From: Myxococcota bacterium
GTDB lineage: Bacteria > Myxococcota > SpSt-1050
DNA length: 19,294 nt
Direction: 5' to 3'
Assembly (NCBI GenBank): GCA_049969675.1
Contig: JBMFOP010000060.1
Location: forward strand, 1-19,294
The notes below the pieces were generated by a model, which was not told where the DNA came from, ran no database searches, and saw only the letters and a list, made by a program, of their open reading frames with translations. The first letter of the stretch is position 1. Each line of letters starts with the position of its first letter. Below, piece after piece: positions 7,786-16,941 of the stretch. Position numbers and translations under genes: made by a program.

Positions 7786-9026
7786 TCATTCCATTACAGA
7801 GCAAGAACAACCACTGCTCTCCTCTGTACCACCTTCATTTTCTGTCACATCTATTTCTATATTCACATCTGAGACCTGAACATCTTTTATATAAATATCA
7901 GTCGTCGCGTCCGCTGTTGAAACATCCATAATCACTGCATCATTCACAGTATCTCCTATCAGTACATCAGCCCCTGCATCGCTTGGAGTATCCTTTATGT
8001 CTGATGAATTACTATCCGTGAAAAGAATATCCTCTACAACATCTTCAAATTTGCTGTCTTCAATACCAGCATCAGATTGGGTTGGGACATATTCATACGC
8101 CCCGAGGTCAATGCCTTCTCCGTATGGTCTCTTTACTTTATCTTTATCATAGGCGGGGGCAAGTTCAGTCTCCCCAATATCAATGGCAGGGCTATCAGGT
8201 GTCAGATGGAGGTCAAATCTTTTATAATCTCTAAAGTAATTCTTTGCCCATTCAAAATCAATTATGAGATTATGGTCACTTATAGTCTCACTCCCGACCT
8301 GAAGACTCATCGTGATATTATTCCTAACGATACACCCTTCGGAAGGAGTACCATTCTTATGTGGACCTATTCTTATCCATGCAGGACCCGGACTCGTCTC
8401 ATTTATATCCACCACTGTATTGTTAATTATTCTAACATTTTTTGCCCCGCTAAAAGTGATTCCGTGCCAGTGGTCTGTAATTATGACATTGTTCTCCACA
8501 ACCCAGTCAGTATAGAACCCATCAAAACAGCCAATTCCCTGAAGTGTCCCTCTAAAAGGTTGGTTCGGGTCTGTATAGTTTATTATCATATTTCCGCGAA
8601 GGATTACACCCTTCACCTCTCCCATCCCCACCTGTCCGTCAGCTCCAACAGACCAGGACTGAAATCCATCATCATGATTTGAATTTACTGCATAGCAATT
8701 CATAATAAGGTTGTCTTCAAAAAGGTCATAATCTCCAAGCCCTCTCAAACCATCTCCTGCAAAATTTTCTACAGTATTTCCGATAACCTTTGCACTCTTC
8801 CCGCTTACACTAATACCGAAATTCACATTCTTTAAATAATTGTCTTTTATAACACAATCATCGGTCTGCACAGATATCCCTGAACAGGAGAGATTATTCC
8901 AGTCATCCTGCGTCCATTGAGAGGAATCCTCAACTGAAAATATGTATGAATCTTCAATGGAGGCATTATTGCAGGGTCCTCTAAAATTATGATTTTCAAA
9001 TACTACAAGAGTTGAAATCTTTTCAT
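7786..9026 (-). pseudogene. Right-handed parallel beta-helix protein with a GIDLGAYE (choice-of-anchor Q-like) region, Asp-rich stalk and C-terminal GCSCS tag; 5' end apparently deleted or frameshifted
   Basis: Beta-helix repeats (NVNFGISV, NFAGDGL, HDDGFQ, VVENNVI, IINNTV) and DLHLTPDSPAIDIG..GIDLGAYEY. The frame stays open and protein-like upstream of the called GTG (8871) to 9087, with no in-frame ATG or signal peptide. AAGGAGG plus ATG 9026 leads only to an out-of-frame MKRFQLL*. Confidence 0.7.
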
Positions 9027-9094
9027 ATTGTTTAAAATCCTCCTTAAATATATTTCTGCCTTTTAATTCAAAACGCGATATTCTTAATCAAACC

Positions 9095-11797
9095 TTAAAA
9101 CAGCGTTGAGCACGAACAGCCAGAAGACTCCTCTGAACCTCCACCTTCCTCTATATCCTTTCCATTTATATTTCCAGAATCTTTGTCCATTGACGAATCA
9201 GTTTTGTCTTCTGCATCTAATATGGCTGAATCTTTTTGAATATCGGTAGGTCCTGCATCCTTTACTTCATCATATCCATTCTCTGTTACGATGATATCCT
9301 CTACATCCTGCGTAGAACCATCAGTACCACCATCTACAATAACACTGCTCACACATTGCCCATTAACACACTTTTCAGCCTCAAATGGGCATTTTATGTT
9401 ATTGCAGGGGTCTTCCACACATTTATTATCAACGCAAATAAATCCTTTATCACACTTAATCTCATCACACTTATTCTCAATGCAATCTCCATTCTGTGAA
9501 CAGATTTCACCTTCTTTACACTCTACAAAAGCACAGGGGTCATCCACACATTCACCATAGACGCACCTCTTTCCGATTTCGCAGGAGACCCTGGCACAGG
9601 AACGTTCACACCTCCCGTTTACACAGAACTCTGCATTCTGCTTGTCACATTTAACATCTTTGCAGGGGTCGTCAGTACAATTGTAATTTACGCAGACCTT
9701 CCCTTCTTCGCAGGGGATCTCATAACAGTTGTTGGGCAGACACTCTCCGTGCCAGCATCTATAGTCATTCTCACACTTCACATCCTTGCACTTATCTATG
9801 CATACGCCATCTATACAATCCTCTTCTGGCTTGCAGACCTTCCCTTTACAGGGCTCCACACAGTAGCCATTTATACATTCAAGCCCTTTTGGACATTCGC
9901 CCGACTGACAGGGGGCTACACACTCTCCCTCAAAGCAGTATTTACCTTCCGGACAGGGGGCATTATCATCAATAATACCATTACAATTTTCATCCTTCCC
10001 ATTACAAATCTCTTCTGGTTCTGGACCACAACCTCCGCAATTGTTGAGAACACCATTATCAATCTCACCATCGCAATCATTATCTAATCCATCGCATATC
10101 TCATCCTCAGCCATCTTATCAGGGTCGCATACTATCCTTCCATTTGCAGAATCACACCTTGTATGACCCCTTGAGCATTCACCTTTAAGACCTGTTGCAC
10201 AGACCTTACCACCTCCGGGATTATTATCATCAGCAATCCCATTACAGTCATTATCCAGACCATCACATATTTCAACTGAAGGCTGATTATTCTGCAGACA
10301 CTTCAATTCACCGCCGATACAGGTGACGGTTCCCTCGGCACATACACCTTTCTTACCAGTATCACACGCCGCACCACCACCAGGATTCCCCTCATCCACC
10401 CGGCCATCACAATTGTTGTCTTTACCATCACATATTTCATAAGGAAGTGGCTCATTCACCCTTACACAGGTGAGTACATCGTTTACACACTTCATTCTCC
10501 CCTCTGCACAGATTCCTTTCTCACCCGTATTACAGGGGGCATTGGTGTCAATACAACAGGGTTCTGCATCGCACTTGCTCCAGACACCGTTTATGCATCT
10601 CTGCTTCCCCTGATGTCCGCAGAAGTTGGTGCAATCTCTATCAGGTATGCCATTATCAATCTCTCCATCGCAATCGTTGTCAAATCCATCGCAGATCTCG
10701 GTAGAGGGCTGTTTGGTCTGAACGCAGGTCAGGATATCATCCACACACTGCATCTTCCCTTCTGCACAGACACCGGGTCTCCCTGTATTACAGGGCTCAT
10801 AGGTAGGTGTACAACAGGGTGCTGCATTGCATCTTGTCCAGTTTCCATATACGCAACTCTGTGTCCCCTGATTTCCACAGGAGTTTGTACAGACTTTTGG
10901 GGCTATACCGTTATCTATGGAGCCATCACAGTTATCATCTAAGAGATTACACTCTTCATTCTTAGGAAAATTTACCTGCACGCAGGTGAGCTTCCCATTT
11001 ACGCACTTCATCTTCCCAATTCCACAAATCCCGAGCAGTCCGGTATTACAGGTATCATTTGTATCCACACAGCAGGAGGTCGGTGCGGTACAGTTCTTCC
11101 ACTGCCCATTTACACAGGATTCATACCCCGAGCCACAGTCTGTATAACAGACCCTCTTAGTAGCGAGGGTCACAATAATATCAAGTGCTGCCTGAAGTTG
11201 CTGCTGATTATCTGCCTGATAGTAGCTCCCTGTCCCACCGGCATTAGCCATATTGTTGAGGGTAGTGGCATCAACACCGCTACCAAATCCAATTACAAAT
11301 ACCTTAACACCGGTAGCATAGAGGGCACCTGCTGCCTTGATTGAATAATTGATAGCATCTGTATCGCAATTTGGCTGTCCATCAGTAATAAGAATCACAA
11401 AGTTCAGTCTTGTTGGGTCATGGATCCCACTATACTGATTTACTGAGACAAGTGTCCTGCCAATAGGGGTAGCGGAATCCGGTGAGACGCTATTGATCTT
11501 ATTCATAATGGCAGTCGCGGTATTATCTGCACATCCCACATCAATAATTCCGGCAGCACAATTACTATCAGATGCAAATAAAGATAGTCCCCATCTTGCC
11601 TGTGTCCCATAGGTGTTCAGCAGATATTGGATGGCATTCTTTGCCTGCGTCCATTTTGTTCCAGCCATTGAGCCAGATTTATCAAGGACAAGCAGAATAT
11701 TGGGATTGCTGCACTCCTGTGCATAGACTATTTCACCTGAGAGGATTATTAAAGAAACCAACGCTATAAAAATCAAAATTATCTTAAAGTTTTTCAT
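9095..11797 (-). CDS. Secreted vWA-domain protein with long Cys-rich repeat stalk (adhesin-like) and C-terminal GCSCS tag
   Basis: AAGGAGG RBS and Sec signal peptide (..IVYA|QE). MIDAS DKSGS..T..ITDG, six EIC(D/N)GxDNxC(D/N)GxxD-type repeats (MopE-like metal-binding motif), about 7 (D/E)PCxxVxC..C..G.C repeats and an acidic tail. Confidence 0.9.
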   Translation of the reverse strand: MKNFKIILIFIALVSLIILSGEIVYAQECSNPNILLVLDKSGSMAGTKWTQAKNAIQYLLNTYGTQARWGLSLFASDSNCAAGIIDVGCADNTATAIMNKINSVSPDSATPIGRTLVSVNQYSGIHDPTRLNFVILITDGQPNCDTDAINYSIKAAGALYATGVKVFVIGFGSGVDATTLNNMANAGGTGSYYQADNQQQLQAALDIIVTLATKRVCYTDCGSGYESCVNGQWKNCTAPTSCCVDTNDTCNTGLLGICGIGKMKCVNGKLTCVQVNFPKNEECNLLDDNCDGSIDNGIAPKVCTNSCGNQGTQSCVYGNWTRCNAAPCCTPTYEPCNTGRPGVCAEGKMQCVDDILTCVQTKQPSTEICDGFDNDCDGEIDNGIPDRDCTNFCGHQGKQRCINGVWSKCDAEPCCIDTNAPCNTGEKGICAEGRMKCVNDVLTCVRVNEPLPYEICDGKDNNCDGRVDEGNPGGGAACDTGKKGVCAEGTVTCIGGELKCLQNNQPSVEICDGLDNDCNGIADDNNPGGGKVCATGLKGECSRGHTRCDSANGRIVCDPDKMAEDEICDGLDNDCDGEIDNGVLNNCGGCGPEPEEICNGKDENCNGIIDDNAPCPEGKYCFEGECVAPCQSGECPKGLECINGYCVEPCKGKVCKPEEDCIDGVCIDKCKDVKCENDYRCWHGECLPNNCYEIPCEEGKVCVNYNCTDDPCKDVKCDKQNAEFCVNGRCERSCARVSCEIGKRCVYGECVDDPCAFVECKEGEICSQNGDCIENKCDEIKCDKGFICVDNKCVEDPCNNIKCPFEAEKCVNGQCVSSVIVDGGTDGSTQDVEDIIVTENGYDEVKDAGPTDIQKDSAILDAEDKTDSSMDKDSGNINGKDIEEGGGSEESSGCSCSTLF

Positions 11798-11812
11798 AGC
11801 AAAACCTCCTTC

Positions 11813-14719
11813 TTATTGTTCTAAATCCAGAAGCCTTATCTTATGATTTTGAGAATCCGCCACGAGTATATTCTTTCCATCAGGCGCTATAAATAAGTGC
11901 ATCGGAGTATTGAACTTTGTCAGATACCCCTGACCATCCTGATATCCATAAGTATTTGTTCCAGCAAATGTGTATACATTACCACCGGTGATAACTCTGA
12001 TATTATAATTCTGAGTATCCGATACATACAAAAGCTCAGTAGAGTTACTCTTAAAATATGTTATTCCAGAGGGAGAGTTGAACTGTGCAACAGAGGTCGC
12101 AGCCCCATCTTTATATCCTGCTGTGCCGGTTCCTGCAAAATCTGTGACATTTGCATTGGAGATCTGAATCCGTTTTATTTTATTGTTGTTGGTATCGCAG
12201 ACATAGAGATAGGTTCCGGTTGAATCTGCTGTTATTGCAGTCGGTCTATTAAATCTGGCATTTGTTCCAGTCCCTGTTGCATCTCCCTGAGTTGAACCTG
12301 CAAAGGTTGAAACGGGAAAGTTGTTGTTGGTAAGGTCAATCCTTCTTATGCGGTGATTACCGGAGTCAGCGACATAGAGATAATTGCCAACTTTCACAAT
12401 ACCCATAGGCTGGAAGAATGTGGCTGAAGAACCTGTATTATTATCTGCATTTCCTACTGCACCCGTTCCTGCGACGAGTGTGGTTGTTCCATTACTATTT
12501 GCCCTTCTAATTCTATTATTCCCTGTATCTGCAAAGTAGAGATATGACCCATCCCAGTATAATCCAGTAGGTGCCGCTAATTGAGCCCCTGTAGCCGCAC
12601 CCTCTGCATATCCATAAGTTCCATTCCCTATAACCAGTACATTCTTACCAGAAGAATCAATCTTCTTAATCTTATTATTCCCTGTATCTGCCACATAGGA
12701 ATTCAGATTGCTATCAATCACAAATACCCCGGCAGGTGATTTAAATTTTGCTGCCTGACCAATGGTAGAATTATCTCCCCAGCTTGAACCAGCAAAAGTG
12801 GAGACATATGGATACAAATACACCTTTGCATCTGCATACTTCGTATTATCTGCCAGAGAGGTCGCCCTTACAGTTACAACTACCTTGTCCATAATATTAT
12901 TTGGTGCGGTGTATGTTCCAGAGGCATTTACTGTGCCATAATCTGCACCTTCTACAACTGAAAAGGTCACATTCGTATTGTTAGAATTATACACGCTCGC
13001 AGAGAATAACTTTGTCTCTTTAAGTGCGAGTTTTGCCTCCGAAGGAGAGATGGATACCTGAACTGGAGGTGCAATTACCACCTGAGCACCACCAGACTTT
13101 GTGGGGTCCGCAACAGAAGTTGCAATAATAGAGACAATATTTGGATTCGGGACATTGGCAGGTGCTGTATAGAGTCCGGAGGCATTGATAGTCCCATTTA
13201 CAGCCCCCCCATAGACTGACCAGGTCACCTGTTGATTGGATGTATTTTTGACAGTGGCTGTAAACTGCTGTGTCCTGTTAACATTAACATATACAAAGTT
13301 TGGAGAGACCTCTACCTCAATCGGTTTGCCTATGGTAACAGTAGCTGTGTCATATGCGGAGTTATCAAAATTTGAGGTAACCTTGATTGTTACATCAGGG
13401 GGATCTGGAACTACATCAGGGGCAGTATAATATCCGTCCTGTTCAATGGTGCCATTCTGATTACCTCCAACCACCTCCCACTTTAATGATGGGTCTTCAT
13501 CTGCATTCTCAATATTGGCAGTAAACTTAAACGAGGTTCCAGCATTTACAGTCTGAGTCTTTGGAGATATGGTGACCTTTACCGGCGGCACTATGAGGAC
13601 CGGGGCTATCCCGAAGGCAGATGGGTCCTCCACACTCGTTGCCCTTATAACAATCTGTGCAGGGTCTGGAACATTTTGCGGGGCAGTATAAAGACCAGTA
13701 TTGGATATTGTGCCGAGTGAACCATCTTGTGGGTCGTTTTCTATTGACCATATAACTTCATTGGTTAGATGTGCATTGATAACAAGTGCATTAAACTGCT
13801 TTGATTTACCTACATTGATTATAGCCGAAGAGGGTTGAATATTTACCTCAATCGGAAGTGCCACGGTGACTATAGCCGTATCATATTTGGATGGGTCCAC
13901 CACACTGCTTGCCTTTATCTGAACCTCCTCTGGATTCGGGACAACTGGCGGTGCTGTATATAGTCCGGTGTTGTCAATAGTCCCATTCTGAGCACCTCCA
14001 ATCACCTCCCATATCACAGTTGTATCATTTGTGTTCTCAACAAGGGCTGAGAACTGCTGAGTCATATTATTGTGCACTACCGCTGTTTTGGGTGAGACTG
14101 TAACCTTTACTGCTGGGAGGATAAATATAGAGGCATCGGCATATACAGAGTTATCCTCAACACATCTCACTCTCACCGTGACATTCGGATTTGAAGGCTG
14201 CTCCTGAGGGGCTACATATAATCCCGTATTATCAATAGTTCCGAGCGTCCCATCTCCAGGGTCATTTACTATCTCAAATGTGACATCTGTTGTAACCTTT
14301 GCATTGTAGACGGTGGCATCAAACTTCTGCTTCCCTACATTAGCCTGTAGTGTTACGCTCTCGGGAGATATCTCAACATACAATTGGTCAACCACCGCAT
14401 CCTTTGAAACATCCAGACCTCCATCCTCATAATTTACATCTAAAAACTCACCGTCGCTCTCAATATCTTCATACCCTGAGCCATCTATTATGGCATCTTT
14501 TACTCCACCATCCTTTGAGGCATCCATTGAAGCATCTGCAACATCAATAGTATTTACATCTTTAATAGAGACATCTGTTATCCTTATATCTTTCCCTACT
14601 ATTATATCCTCATTCTGGCCCCCTCCTGGTGAGGAAGAATCGCCACAGGCAGCAGAGATTATCAGCAGAAATGCCCCCACCAGAAGACCAAAAAAATATT
14701 GATTAAATACTCTTTTCAT
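11813..14719 (-). CDS. Surface lipoprotein with Asp-rich stalk, six tandem Ig-like domains and a C-terminal six-bladed NHL beta-propeller
   Basis: Start reassigned to ATG 14719 (GGAGG 8 nt upstream) giving MKRVFNQYFFGLLVGAFLLIISAAC, a lipobox. Six V.(I/V)SP...GT(I/V)...G.Y.AP repeats and six F..P.G(I/V)....YVAD..N..IR NHL repeats. Confidence 0.9.
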   Translation of the reverse strand: MKRVFNQYFFGLLVGAFLLIISAACGDSSSPGGGQNEDIIVGKDIRITDVSIKDVNTIDVADASMDASKDGGVKDAIIDGSGYEDIESDGEFLDVNYEDGGLDVSKDAVVDQLYVEISPESVTLQANVGKQKFDATVYNAKVTTDVTFEIVNDPGDGTLGTIDNTGLYVAPQEQPSNPNVTVRVRCVEDNSVYADASIFILPAVKVTVSPKTAVVHNNMTQQFSALVENTNDTTVIWEVIGGAQNGTIDNTGLYTAPPVVPNPEEVQIKASSVVDPSKYDTAIVTVALPIEVNIQPSSAIINVGKSKQFNALVINAHLTNEVIWSIENDPQDGSLGTISNTGLYTAPQNVPDPAQIVIRATSVEDPSAFGIAPVLIVPPVKVTISPKTQTVNAGTSFKFTANIENADEDPSLKWEVVGGNQNGTIEQDGYYTAPDVVPDPPDVTIKVTSNFDNSAYDTATVTIGKPIEVEVSPNFVYVNVNRTQQFTATVKNTSNQQVTWSVYGGAVNGTINASGLYTAPANVPNPNIVSIIATSVADPTKSGGAQVVIAPPVQVSISPSEAKLALKETKLFSASVYNSNNTNVTFSVVEGADYGTVNASGTYTAPNNIMDKVVVTVRATSLADNTKYADAKVYLYPYVSTFAGSSWGDNSTIGQAAKFKSPAGVFVIDSNLNSYVADTGNNKIKKIDSSGKNVLVIGNGTYGYAEGAATGAQLAAPTGLYWDGSYLYFADTGNNRIRRANSNGTTTLVAGTGAVGNADNNTGSSATFFQPMGIVKVGNYLYVADSGNHRIRRIDLTNNNFPVSTFAGSTQGDATGTGTNARFNRPTAITADSTGTYLYVCDTNNNKIKRIQISNANVTDFAGTGTAGYKDGAATSVAQFNSPSGITYFKSNSTELLYVSDTQNYNIRVITGGNVYTFAGTNTYGYQDGQGYLTKFNTPMHLFIAPDGKNILVADSQNHKIRLLDLEQ

Positions 14720-14777
14720 CGGGACTACCTCCGTTACAATTACTATTATATGAAAGTTATTCGTGAAAATCAAACTA

Positions 14778-14797
14778 AATAAGGTTTAGACCTTATT
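14778..14797. repeat. Perfect inverted repeat AATAAGGT-ttag-ACCTTATT (operator or hairpin)
   Basis: 8-bp arms with a 4-nt spacer in the intergenic gap upstream of the surface-protein genes. Confidence 0.45.
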
Positions 14798-14826
14798 GAA
14801 CCTGTTGAGATTGAGGTAAGACAATT

Positions 14827-15939
14827 TTATTCCGCATCCCCATAAGGGTCCTCCTCTCTGTGGTACTCAATCTCCCTCCTCCCCTGCTCAATCCAGTTCT
14901 TTACAAAGGATATCATCTGTCTCAAATAATTTTCAAATTGAGGAGGTTCAATATTTGAATTTTTTAAAAACTTATCTGTGTTACTATGGGAAAATATAAT
15001 GAACTGATTCAATATCTCAATCAATGGCACATACGAAGGGATAATCCTCTTTGCTATGCCCAGTTTTAATAAAGGATTCAGGAGATTTGCAGGTGGGTAG
15101 ATGAGTGTAATCCTCTTACCAATCTCCTTAGATATCAACTCAAATGCGACCCTTATAGAGAGTGGGTTTGGGTCCACTATATGAAAAATCCGATTTGTAG
15201 ATTCGGGGTTTGTGCTGATATGATAGAGCACCTTCACAAGATAATCTATCGGGACCATATTGAGTGGGCCTCTACCTCTGTGTGGAACCGGGATCGGCAC
15301 CTTTACATCACTGATCATCAATAGATATAGCAGGGCATAGAATCCACCCAACCTGTCTGTCTCACCAGTCTTTGAATCCCCACCAATCATAGGTGCCCTG
15401 AAGATTCGCCATATAAGATTCTGTTCTGACATAATCATGGATTCTGCTATAAAACGGCTCTTGTAGAGATAACAACTATAGGAAGGGGAGCTCACCGGCT
15501 CTTCAGGTACAAGCCCGGAATAATTTTCAAAAACCATGCAGGTTGAGAGGTAGTTCAGAGGGATCTGTTTGTCTGAGTCTTTAACAAATTGAATGATATT
15601 CTTTGTCCCCGTGATATTGACCTTGTTTATGACACTATCAGAGGTATTTGGATAATATATAGATGCAAGGTGATAGAGGTCTGTCACATTTTTGAGTAAA
15701 AAACGATATTCCTCAGAGGAGAAACCCAGATGCATTGAGGCGATATCTCCTACCACCAACCTTACATTGGTCTTAAGATTATTTTTTTCAATAAACGACT
15801 TTGCTGATGCCTCAAATTTCTTTGGCACAAGCATCGCTACATATGAATTTTTCTCCTTTGATATATGGAGGATGAGTTGTCTTGCTGTTATCAAAGGAAA
15901 CCCGGTTATTAGCAGTACCTGCTCTCTGTTCTTCAGCAT
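14827..15939 (-). CDS. Extended SDR / male-sterility-type NAD-binding domain protein with degenerate motifs
   Basis: LLITGFP, GDI...LG, YHLAS, NITGTKN, YLST, IFRAPMIGGDSKTGE and LNMVPIDY are all typical of the family. Confidence 0.82.
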   Translation of the reverse strand: MLKNREQVLLITGFPLITARQLILHISKEKNSYVAMLVPKKFEASAKSFIEKNNLKTNVRLVVGDIASMHLGFSSEEYRFLLKNVTDLYHLASIYYPNTSDSVINKVNITGTKNIIQFVKDSDKQIPLNYLSTCMVFENYSGLVPEEPVSSPSYSCYLYKSRFIAESMIMSEQNLIWRIFRAPMIGGDSKTGETDRLGGFYALLYLLMISDVKVPIPVPHRGRGPLNMVPIDYLVKVLYHISTNPESTNRIFHIVDPNPLSIRVAFELISKEIGKRITLIYPPANLLNPLLKLGIAKRIIPSYVPLIEILNQFIIFSHSNTDKFLKNSNIEPPQFENYLRQMISFVKNWIEQGRREIEYHREEDPYGDAE

Positions 15940-15940
15940 T

Positions 15941-16414
15941 CTATCCTTCCCGCTTTAGGTCATATAGTTCCACCAGATACTTAAATGCATCGCTATTCTC
16001 TTGAATAACCTTTATAAAATCAGTAAAGATATTCAAAACGACTCTTAGAGAGAGTTGTGGACTTGACCTGTTGAGTTCAATAAATCTCTGTCTCTGTAAT
16101 TTTAAGAGTGTGGTATTCTCCTGTGCCACCGTCTTTGTAAGGTGTTCAAAATTTCCAAGTAGAGATAATTGTCCAAACATCTCCTGCTGAATCAATTTAC
16201 CTATTAAAATCTCCTTCCCCTCTACATTCTTTATATATACATTGACAGAACCTTCCATAATCAGATAGAGTGCATCTGCCGAACTCTTTGCCTCAAAGAC
16301 TGTTCCACCGGATTCAAACTCAACCTCCTCAAATTGCTCAGCAAGTTTTATAATTGAGGACTCATCAAACCCCTTACATAATGAGGCTCCTTTTAAAAAT
16401 TCAATTTGGTCCAT
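15941..16414 (-). CDS. Stand-alone cyclic nucleotide-binding domain protein (Crp-like, no HTH)
   Basis: F..G.TVFE....ADALYLIMEGSV.V, GKEILIG.L...EMFGQLSLL and A...TTLLKL.R..F. 157 aa. Confidence 0.85.
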   Translation of the reverse strand: MDQIEFLKGASLCKGFDESSIIKLAEQFEEVEFESGGTVFEAKSSADALYLIMEGSVNVYIKNVEGKEILIGKLIQQEMFGQLSLLGNFEHLTKTVAQENTTLLKLQRQRFIELNRSSPQLSLRVVLNIFTDFIKVIQENSDAFKYLVELYDLKREG

Positions 16415-16941
16415 TACCCCTCCTTTTTCATATTTAGATAGTCCTCTTTCAATTCCAGATAATGCCTGTAGAAGTAATCAAATCTTAATACCTCCTCTTC
16501 TGTAAATCTCTTCTTAATCTTCCCCGGTACACCCACAACAAGGGAGTATGGCGGTATCTTTGTATTTTCTGTTAGAACAGCACCAGCAGCAACTACTGAG
16601 AATTCCCCTATCTCACACCCGTCCAGCAGGATAGCACCCATACCTATCAGGACATTATTCCCAATCTTTGAACCGTGAATCGTTGCCTTATGCCCAATTG
16701 TAACTCTATCTCCTATAATTACTGGAGGACCCTGTCTTGAGACATGAATCAGAACCAGGTCCTGAATACTCGTCTGACTCCCAATTCGTATTGGATTCAT
16801 ATCTCCTCTAATCACTGTATTAAACCAGACATTGGAATCAGTCCCGATCTCTACATCACCAATAATAATGCTCCCCTCCGCAAGAAATACCCTTTCTGCG
16901 ATCTTTGGTTTTTTACCTTTATACTCAATTAGTCTTGACAT
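16414..16941 (-). CDS. Gamma carbonic anhydrase family (YrdA/PaaY-like) hexapeptide-repeat protein
   Basis: IIGDVEIG..SNVWFNTVIRGD..PIRIG..TSIQD, with three His ligands (IHV, IGH, IHG). Start reassigned to ATG 16941 (MSRLIEYKGK), preceded by GGGAG. Confidence 0.92.
   Translation of the reverse strand: MSRLIEYKGKKPKIAERVFLAEGSIIIGDVEIGTDSNVWFNTVIRGDMNPIRIGSQTSIQDLVLIHVSRQGPPVIIGDRVTIGHKATIHGSKIGNNVLIGMGAILLDGCEIGEFSVVAAGAVLTENTKIPPYSLVVGVPGKIKKRFTEEEVLRFDYFYRHYLELKEDYLNMKKEG

Noticed and set aside
9350..14400. Repeats in the vWA and Ig/NHL genes as CRISPR or DNA tandem arrays
   Set aside because: They are diverged protein-domain repeats inside intact ORFs, with no identical repeat-spacer structure and no cas genes.
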